From the NCBI RefSeq assembly GCF_009914755.1, contig NC_060925.1: a stretch of DNA of 64,000 nucleotides. One strand, 5' to 3'. Both the position numbers and the translations under genes were made by a program. This DNA comes from the human T2T-CHM13v2.0 reference genome, Homo sapiens. Shown one piece after another: positions 54,211 to 64,000 of the stretch; position 1 is the first letter of the stretch; each line of letters opens with the position of its first letter. A model generated the notes under the pieces. It did not search any database. It was not told the DNA's origin and saw only the letters and a program-made list of their open reading frames with translations.

Positions 54211-56944
54211 AAGAGCTGAGAGAAAGAAAAGACTAATAATTTCAGAAAAGCTATACTGGATATATCCAATGGTGAAGGAAGAGGGTCTGGGTCTGTCACA
54301 CCGAAAGCACCTTAGGAAATCAAGTCGGCTGCTTAGGAAATCAAGTCAGCTGTCTATGACCTGGAGGCATGTATTGTACATGATCATTGCTGAGTCTCAC
54401 CCCTCCTAGTGATTGATAAAGCCATTCAAAGGATGGAATGAAGTCATGTATGGACACAATCCATTTCCTTTTATTTACTTTACCAGTCTCACCTAATTTG
54501 AGGCCTAGCAGGAGGGCTTCTTAACCCAGACACTTACATAGTAGTCTCCTAAGGCAGGAAAGTATTCATGTAAATGCAGAGAAACTGGCTGTCTCATATA
54601 AGCCTACTGTCCCAGAGACACAGGGTAAATTTACAACTGTTTTTCTTTCATATATTGCAAATTCTCCAAATTTTACTTAGGCATTTCATATTCTTAAACA
54701 ATTGCAAAAGCCTTTTCAAAAGTGAAAAGTAGCTTTTGGACAATCGGATTGTAATTGCTTCCCTCTATTAGCACCAGCAACTTGCTGATTTAGGGAAAGA
54801 CAAGGGCAGGACTTGCAAGCCCTCTTCTGCTGCCTTTGCTAGTATGATAGGGCGCCTGTGTCCCTGAAGGACTCGAGATGAGAGTCTCACAGTCCTATAC
54901 CCAGAACTGAACAGGGCCTGATAAGCTATATGAACCAGTAGTGGTCAGCGCCCTTATTAGGAGAAGACGTACAAATGCCCCAGGTAAAATCAATGCAACA
55001 TTCAAAAAGTCTGGTTTTATTAAGAGCTACTTAACACTGTACAGATATGCAAACCTGTACTTTATGTCAATACTCTGCTGAGACGATAACCTTTTTGTTA
55101 AGCAGATTTACTGCAAAATGGACAGGGATTTGTGAATGTCTTTCTCATACCAGGTTTTTCCTTCAAAAAAAGTCTTGGATCTCCATCAGCAAGGAGTGTT
55201 GGTATGGGCTTTTGGCCAGCAGAAGAAATATTTTTATTACATAGAACTGGCTGCTACAATCATATTTGTGTGACTCTAACTGTAAAATAGGTTGAAAATG
55301 TATGTTTAAAATGGGCATACGTTGTTATATAATAAACAAGAATACTATTAACGACCATGCTATGCACTAATCTTTTTATTGTCTTTACTAAACAAGTAGT
55401 TATTATGATAGACTCTAATTATATATCTCACACAATTTATTATAAGTGCTATAGTTTCACTTAATTAGATAATACTGTTAAAGTAATCCTTATTTAGGAA
55501 TTGGACCACATATGTGGCTGTCATGTTTTCTCATCTAGACTGTAAACTCATTAGGTCAGAAATGATGTTTTCTATGCTTTTGCACTTTGTGGTGCCTGGC
55601 AGTGAATGGGAAATGGAGCAGGGCTCTATACATAAATATCTGTTGGCTGATATTTCAAAGCAACAGGGAGTACATTTGGATCCTGAGATGGTTTTGACCC
55701 TCAAATCATAAAGTGCTAGAATGTAGCATGTCAGGAAACTGCAGGGTATTCAGTCCATGGCCCTGGAGTCCTTTAGGAGGAGAATACACTATATCTGATC
55801 TAACATGGTCCATACCAGGGGTCAGTAACAATGGTTTGGGAATTGGGCCTTGAGGCCATTTCTCTGCTTAGACATATTTCCCAGGAGTGACTTAGACATG
55901 CAAGCAGATGTCAGGGGAAGGAGGATGCTCCTCCAGATAGGAGAAAAAAGCCAAAGACTCACATCCAAATCTGCATTGCCTATAAAACCATTCCTCCCCT
56001 CTCTCTCCTTCCTACTTTCTCCCGTCTCCTATTAGAAGGCATCTTGATGGCCTGCTCCCTCTTCCTTTCTCAACCTACTACCTATAGGCTGCAAATTCTG
56101 TGATTTCTTTTTTTTTTTCAGGGTGCCTTAGAAATTCTTATGAGTTTGATTTATGGTGGAAGAATATCAAGGTGGAGTGGGGAGAGAAGGGAGGCAGACT
56201 GAAGCAGCACACAGTGTGTGCTGTCATGTTCCATAATCTGGGAGAGGGCTATAACCTGACATCTGCCTCCTGCAGCAACTACTGCTTGATTCACCCTAAT
56301 CTTTTGACCTCTGTTTAGGGATGTGTTGAAGCCGATTGCTCATGGCTCTTCCCAACTCTCTTCAGTGTGATTGCCTTAATAATTTGAAATATGCTACAGT
56401 AGGAGTATTCAAACTAAGGAGATGACAAACACTACAAATCAGAGATGTTCACTTGGAGAAGGTTACTAAACATTTACCAGCATATCACAGCTGCCATCCC
56501 AGGAAGAGCTGCATGTCTAAGACTGACTTAGTTATGATTTTCATTGGGAAGACCAAAGCTGTCTCAGAGAAAATATTAAGGAGGGCAAAGCAGATTTATT
56601 CCCTCTATTGCATACAAACCCCACCCCCATCCCAAAGACACACTCTGCAGCAATGCGCTATGTGGATCTATAATTAAGAGTCTGCTGATGTTGCTTCAAG
56701 TGTGACCTAGCCTTAAGTAATATCCTTCAAAATGGGCTCTATGAAAAGCAGGTGACAAGGCAAGTATAGAGACCACTGACAGGAGCAGGGGCAAACCACT
56801 CCAGGGCTCTCCTTTCCTCCTGACCATTTCCCTACTTCCCCACTCAGGCATCTGCACAATGGGGCCAATGATCTGGGAGATCCCTAAGCACCCCCTGCCA
56901 ACAAATGACTAGATTCCTTCATACTGTGGTGGCCCCTTGAAGAA

Positions 56945-57165
56945 GCATGGGTCACTGTGGCACAGTAATTAGGAGCCTGGGTTCGATTCACTGAGCCCAG
57001 ATTCGAATCTCAGTAAACCAGCTGTGTGTCCCTGGGCAAGTTACTTAACTTCTCTGTGCCTCATGCATAAATGAAGATAATGACAGTACCTGTCTATTGG
57101 GATTGTTGTGAAGATTGAATGAGAAAACCTATAGAAAGCCCTTCTCAGTACAGCACCTAGCAATA
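56945..57165 (+). mobile_element. MIR
   Basis: ttcgaatctcag...ctgggcaagttacttaacttctctgtgcctca...gttgtgaagattgaatgag. Confidence 0.85.
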
Positions 57166-58654
57166 ATCCTAGCCATCCTTAAAGATATTATTTTGGGGGG
57201 CTTCTGCTCTTGTTGGTCATTAGAACAAACATGGCTAGTCCATGCAAGCTGCTTCATGTGTGAAGAACTTATGGGAGACCCAGGGAAAAAAAATCAATCA
57301 GAATATCAACAGTTGCATCACAAAAAGGCAAATATGAGTTTGAACAAGAGTTTGTATAATAATTTTCTCTTGGATAATAATAAACTTGTTAACTGACGTG
57401 TTTCTAAAGTATTTTGGGTCCTTGGAAGAGAGGGCCAGAATCATGAACATATTATGTTTAAAATTCTAAAGGAATGTATAATAATTTTTTCAGAGCCATG
57501 GAAGAGAATGTGAGTGTGGCAGGAGAAATCTTCAAGTCATTTTGTGCCCTGTGCAAGTCTGCCAGAGACATTAACCTATCACCAACCATAGAAACAAACC
57601 AATTATCAATTAGAGTCAAATGAGAAGACACTGAGTTTTAGATTTTGTGCACTGGCTGACTATGAAGATGATCACCTCTGAGGTGGCCATACAGAGGACT
57701 AGGGGAAGAAAGCAGCCTCAGGCTACTTTTCATTAGAGATGTGGATCTGCTTACTTGGCTTAAAAAATATGAAAATGAATCAGTTGTTTGCTGGTTGAAC
57801 TGCAAATATTAATCTGATCAATTTTGGGCATCAAGGTCTAAAACATGGATGTCATGCAGCGCTAGTTCTTAAAATAAAAACAAAAGAAATAAATTGAAGT
57901 TTATTTTTGATAGGGAGCCTTAGTGCAATAAGACACGTTTCCTGGCCTGCCGCTATATTCTGGCTTCACAGGGCTCATTACAGACCTTAGCAGAATCTAC
58001 TAACTCCTTCTCCTAGGTATTACCTGCTATTCAGCTCAGAGTCTTAAGAGTTGATTTGATTATAGATATATATATACACACCCAGAGGCTTTAGTGCTAG
58101 GACCATTTTGAAGTATTTCTTCTAATATCTGCATTTCCAAAAAGGAATCCCAGTGACTCCTGGACTAACTCAAAGTGATGCCCTGCTAATGGCGGTATTT
58201 AAGGCTGTGGACTGGTCCAGTGGAAAAGGCTCCCCTAGAATTATACCAGAACAGACCCCTAGACAACTTCCTGCTTCACCCATGTGCCTAGCATATAGAA
58301 GCATTCAATAAATGTTTCTTGAACTTAGCAGCCAAAACCACACACTAAAGAGAACTTTTACACATGCTTAGCATGGGAGGGCTGACTGAGTATGTGGCAT
58401 TTTATCAGCCAAACTCAGCACTTTGGAAGGAGTCATGCCTCTGAATCACCCAGAATTTGAATTAGAGAAAGAGCGCATTCCTTTGATGTTTAGACAACAC
58501 TGTACATGGCTTATATTCACTGATGAAAACACAGTAGTCTAGAAACAGCTTTACTGTGCATGTATACACTGTCTGGCTGGTTTTCCTTGTCTTCATAAAT
58601 ATTAAATGTGACTAATTAAAATTATTGAAGTTCTGGTGTAGGTATGCAGAGAGG

Positions 58655-58850
58655 TTTGGGTAGTGTCAAATTCTGCCTCTGTGGTTTCTTAGCCAAATGA
58701 CCTTGGGCTTATCTTTGTGACCCAGTTTCTCATTTAAAATTATGAATCTATTAATACAACTTTCAAAAGACTATTGCAGGACCCAAGAATGAATACACTT
58801 AGGGTCCTTTTGTAAATTTGTTGAGTACCACATAAATGTAAAATATTAAT
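58655..58850 (+). mobile_element. MIR fragment
   Basis: tcaaattctgcctctg...tgaccttgggc...cagtttctcatttaaaat. Confidence 0.55.
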
Positions 58851-60845
58851 ATATGCAAGGGAAATATTCTAATTTCCTGTAGAAAGTTCTGCAAAAATGG
58901 GTTAAAAGAGGTGACTGCTGCAGTAATTTTGAATTTTGAATTTAGATATGTCCTGGGGATCTTCTTTGTACCGTGTAGCCTCTGGCTTAGGCTGTTTGAT
59001 TGTTTTTCTTTCGTTTTTCACAGAGTTCTTGGCCCATCCCACCAATCTAGCACATGAGCTTAATTCGGTTTTGCTCCATGCATCAGAGAGTTTTAAGACA
59101 GCTATTAAAACACCACATGGAAAAGCTTTGCAGGGAATTCTACTCCACAGAGAAACCACAGAGCCACTACACACCTTAACTATCTCCCCACCCCCAACAG
59201 TGGGCTGAAATTACGGCTCCATTATGTTAGTACAATCCAACCAGTTTTATGGCTTGGAGCAAAATCTGAGGTTCAAAATGAACTTCAGAACATAAAAAGT
59301 AAGGCAAACCTCAAAAGGAAACGAGCTTCTTTGGGTTTTGAAACAAATATTACATATCAGAGACATTCTTCTAACAGAGGAGACCAAGAAAAGCCAAGAG
59401 GAGTCCTGCTAATTGCTCCAGAAATGTAAAACTGGAATCAGAGACTCACCCGCCCTAAAAGGAGATCTCTTTTCATCATCATATATTAAAAGCTACAACC
59501 TTTCATCAACTCCTTCCTCAAGCACGAGACCTTCTTTGACCTTGATTGAGTTCCTTCAATGTTGCATCACTATCTTCCACATTAAAAAATAAGATATATT
59601 TTTAAGACTTAATGTTAGCTCATTACTTACTCTACTGCAGCCCTTTTGCTTTGTTTTTCTATCTTCCTTCCTGTATTGTAAATGTCATTTATACATTAAG
59701 CTTTGTGTATGTTTCATGGATTTGTTGTGCCTTGGCACTAGGGCTACCCAGAAGAAACAAAATAACCGACCAATACTCATTCTCATGAGCCATCCATGCT
59801 GTTGCTTGGTTAATTCAATCTCATGGACAACTTATTTTCTTACAGTGAATACAAGCGTCTTCATTTATCCCTTGTTTACTACAAAGCCATGGATATAATT
59901 TAATTTCTACATCCATCTTGAGTGGGGCATATCCAGGGCTACTTCTACAAACACAAGATTGCCCTGATTACACTAACTCTATCTTATTCTTCCCCAAATT
60001 CAATAAAATGTCCAAGCAATGGGAATATTTTGGCAGCCCAATTACATATCTCATAATATCCCTAATATCTGAAAGCAGGATGTGTCTGACCATGTGTTCT
60101 GATTTTTAGGTCTACAAATATGGTCTTCAAATGATAGGGTGAGAAAGAAGAGTTAAAGAAAGAGGATCCAGGGAGCAGTGCCAGATCTTCTAGGGAGCTG
60201 AGTTTGTATTATGCTAGCAGGGAATGATGGGAATTTCTCCAATAACTCCCTAGGGGTGTGTCAGAAAAACTATGAGACTGTAACTTGAGCAAGAATAGTG
60301 TCAGGGAATCTGTGCCCTACCTCAATTCAACAAAAATGAGTAGTCGTGCAGCTCAACAAGCATTTATTACATTAGTATGACTAAATGTATATGATGTAAC
60401 AAACTAAGGGATACACAAAATGACTAAGATGGGAGTGTGAAAATGAGCAAACAATGCTTGTATCATGAAATAAATTTCTAGAGACTATTTCTTGTAAAGG
60501 CTATTTAACATCAGTGGCCCTGACTGGGTTTTACTGAGGGAATTAGTGTCCAGAGCTGGAGCTGTGCAGTAATCCTGACTTCTCCAGCTGCTCAGGACAT
60601 AGCAATTGTGCTAGGAAAGTAAAAGGCAGTGGAGACCTGTCATAGGGTAAGGAAAATGAGGTCAGACCTTAAACAGACAAGTGGAGGGTAAAAGTATTAA
60701 TCAAGATCAATCAATCCTAGTGGGAGGGAAGATAAAATTGTGGAGGGTGGAGGTGTCTGAAGTAGTTCCTGAGATCTTTCTTCTGAGAATGCTTGTAACT
60801 TTCTTTAGAGTTTCATGCAATTATCATTTTTTTTAATAGGGAAGG

Positions 60846-61143
60846 TTTTTTTTCTTCTTTTTTTTAGACGTAGTCTCGCTCTGTCGCCCAGGCTGGAGTG
60901 CTGTGGCAGGATCTCGGCACACTGCAAGCTCCGCCTCCCGGGTTTACGCCATTCTCCTGCCTCAGCCTCCTGAGTAGCTGGGACTACAGGCGCCCGCCCC
61001 CACCTGGCTAATTTTTTGTATTTTTAGTAGAGACAGGGTTTCACCGTGTTAGCCAGGATGGTCTCGATCTCCTGACCTCATGATCTGCCTGCCTCGGCCT
61101 CCCAAAGTGCTGGGATTACAGGCGTGAGCCACGGCGTCCGGCC
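60846..61143 (-). mobile_element. AluY-like, TSD agggaagg
   Basis: gcaagctccgcctcccggg...cgccattctcc...gttagccaggatggtctcgatctcctgacc. CpG-rich; agggaagg on both flanks. Confidence 0.93.
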
Positions 61144-61942
61144 AGGGAAGGGTTTCTTAGGAGGCAAACAAGAAGGACAGGTGAAAGAGAACTGGGGGGA
61201 AGGTGTCACTAAAGCCAGGGGAGGAATGGTGTATGTAGTCAAAGGCAATTAGAAGGTCACTGCTGACCTTAGCAAGAGCAGTTCTACTTGAGTGAAACTG
61301 CTTCCCACTCATTCCCTCACTTGTGTAATCCTACACACCCTCATAATTCACATATCTCCTTCATAATATAAAACCCCTTTAAGGACCACGTGACAAAGTA
61401 TCCCCAGTCAATGATTAGAATAAATTTCAAGCCCTAGATCTGGTTATGGTTCTTAATTTTCTCCAATTACACAGGTACATGGAATCTATTTATTGGATAC
61501 GTTAGGGCAGTAATTCATTATAATTATTCCTCTCATATTGATTCCCTAATAGAGTCCTTACAATAGCTCTTTCAATGGTGTAATAAAAAGAGCACTGGAT
61601 TTAGTATCAGAAAACCTGATTGTTAGTCCTGATTCCAACCACATGGCCTTGGAAAAACATTTAAGTACTCACAACCTGGACCTTAGCAAAATAATAATAA
61701 TACTTAGAGCAGAAAGTCCTTCATTCATTCAGCTAATATTTACTGAGGGGTTACAAAAATTGAAATGGGCATGGCATTGGGAATAGGCATAAGGCATAAT
61801 CACTTCCCTTAAACAGCATCAGCCTGGGAAGAGAAATACACAAAAAAGGTGAAAAGAGATTACATGTAAACGTATTTCGCAGCTATGAAGCACTGTACAA
61901 ATTGTTCATTTCTATTATCATATTGTTCATCCAAATGTATTT

Positions 61943-62230
61943 ACTAATAATTAATATTTACTACGTGGGTACCTACGTTGCATGTGCTGCCCTAGAAATG
62001 AAGGATGCAAAATTGAATAACATGGAGCCCAAATTGTTTCATATTGTATTAACTAATTCTGCAATTTGTTTTTTTTCCTTCAACATTATGTTTTGATGTC
62101 TATCCATGTTGAGATATACAGATTTAGTTCATTTATTTTAATTGCTCTTGTCTTATTTATGTTTACATCCTTTATTTCTAGGGCAGCACATGCAACATAA
62201 GTACTCACACAGTAAATATTAACTATTAGT
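61943..62230. repeat. Inverted duplication: 69-bp arms (61943-62011 and 62162-62230), 150-nt spacer
   Basis: 61/69 identity after reverse complementing, with a 23-bp perfect core gttgcatgtgctgccctagaaat. Confidence 0.9.
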
Positions 62231-63149
62231 GAAATCATACAATAAACAATACTATATGTTATTCATGAATATAGATAAATAGATACATAGGCTAAGAGGA
62301 TATGTATTCCATCCATATTAGTGTTTGCTTCTGAGAAGAAAGAGAAAGAAATGGAACATAGAATGGGGGTGAGGACAAGAGTTCTTCAGCTTTAATTTTA
62401 CAGGTTTATTTCAAAAAAGAAAATAATTTTTTGTGAGGGTACAAATGTGCTTGCCACATTATCTTTTCGTGCTTTTCTGCATTTAAAAAAGTACTGAAAA
62501 AAAGTGTCTGCTCTCAAAAGACCAACAGTTTAGTAGAGGAAACAGATATAGAAACACTTATAATACAAGGTGATACGCATTGACCTAGAACCCATCTCTC
62601 CCTGTGTCTTAGGAAAAGCCTCACGAGCAGAGGTCACTTGAAGAATTAGTGGAAGGAATTCTTTGTCCATGTCCTGCTTGTCCACTGTCTGTCTATGTGG
62701 TGACCTCATTCCCACTGCCTGAGAAGCACAAGGTTTTCCTGCCGCGGTTTCCTCTCCTTTTTACATTTTCCATCTGAAAACATCCTTCACTGGCCCCAAG
62801 AACTTACTCCTTTTTGTTGGGCTGAAGAAGACATTCTGATTCCTTCTTCCTTTTTTTTTTTTTTTACTAGAGCAAATGACCTCTTCTCTAACTGTGTTCC
62901 TTCAATTTTCCCATCTCTCCCTCGCCTCGCCTTGTTTTCAATCCACTCCTCTTTCCTCTCTATCCCTACTTCACACATACATGGCCATCTTCACCTAAGC
63001 CCAGACTCCCCACTAACCATTTTCCCTTATGACCTTTTTACTTCATAGTCAAACTCCCCCAAACATGTGACCTACACCAAAAGCTCCCACATCCTGAAAG
63101 GCCATAATGTCCTTAATCCCCACACTCCCACTACACTTCTTCCCTCACC

Positions 63150-64000
63150 ACCAGCACCACCACCATACACCCTATTGAAATTGCATTCTGGAAGATCACT
63201 GATTATGTCCTCATTACCAGATATGGTTGCCTTGCCTATTCTCCCAAGGTGTTTGTATGTTGGGGACTTGAATTGCCATTTTGTGACCTTCTCTCTAACT
63301 TGACTCTTATGACACCACCCCGTTCTCATTCTGTCTTTATTCCTTTGGCTGTTCCTTCTCTGACCATCAGGCTCTTTCTCTTCTTCTGTCCCATAAACAA
63401 GGACCTTTTAGGTATCCCACAGAATTCTGTTCTCTTGGCACATATTAGCTATGGATATTATAACTACTCCCATGCTATTGCCTCTGCTCTGACAATTCCC
63501 TAGTCTACATCTCCAACTTTGCAGTCTGAGCTATATAGTCCGTATTTTTGACTTCTTGATGAACATTTCTACTTTAATGTTCTGCCATAATCTCACAGTC
63601 AGCATGTCTAAAAACTGAGCTCTTCATATCTCTCCAAACCCTAACATAACAAAACAATCAAACAAAAAAACCTCCCTATCACAAACAATAAAAACTAAGT
63701 TCATTCTACTAAATTTGTCAGTCTGAAGTTGGCCATTTCTCCCAGTCATCATAACTTAAAATCCTCCCCCATTATTCTCTCAGATATGCAATCACAGTTG
63801 CCCTCTTCCAAGAGCTTTTTGAATCTGTCTCTTCCTTTTTATTCTCATCACTATTCTCCTAGTTCTACCTATAACCACTTTGAATCTGAACTATTGAAAA
63901 CACCATCTATAGGGTCTGTTTAAGCTTCCAGCTACTCTCATCTCCAATCTATTAGTTTTTCTGAGACATAAACTTTATCATTCTGTGTCTTCCTTCATGT
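63150..64000 (+). mobile_element. L2 remnant running off the window end
   Basis: ctacatctccaac...catttctacttt...cagcatgtctaaaaactgagctc...caatcacagttgcc motifs. Confidence 0.65.

Noticed and set aside
61253-61270. AAGGTCA-ctgc-TGACCTT palindrome resembling an estrogen response element
   Set aside because: The spacer is 4 nt, not 3, and it sits in L2-like sequence where this motif is common.

Overview
Primate (most likely human) AT-rich genomic DNA from inside the SPAG17 gene (sperm-associated antigen 17, axonemal central-pair PF6 orthologue, chr1p12), which is transcribed on the minus strand. Four coding exons can be read directly with canonical AG/GT boundaries: 50538-50678, 49852-49938, 14624-14755 and 1037-1223, which I number exons 2-5 from recalled protein sequence. 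They splice in frame to NDWQASIAF...YYE/VLTAAK...EKK/VIEDKPK...NRYI. The rest is intronic: part of intron 1, a 599-bp intron 2, a 35-kb intron 3, a 13.4-kb intron 4 and the start of intron 5. These introns are filled with Alu, L1M, L2, MIR, MaLR LTRs, one ERV9/LTR12 solo LTR, hAT MITEs, microsatellites and two very old LINE RT relics (CR1 and RTE-like). Almost all entries in the supplied ORF track are chance or repeat-derived. I find no new multi-gene system. The best leads are: a sense-oriented LTR12 promoter that could drive an N-truncated SPAG17; an 85-nt near-perfect hairpin not explained by any repeat I recognise; a 69-bp inverted duplication; a reconstituted 5' splice site at the exon 4/5 junction; a circRNA-prone, stop-free exon 2-3 cassette; an unusually readable CR1 RT fragment; and several candidate mesenchymal enhancers. 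Repeat subfamily names are from visual recognition of consensus motifs, not a database run.
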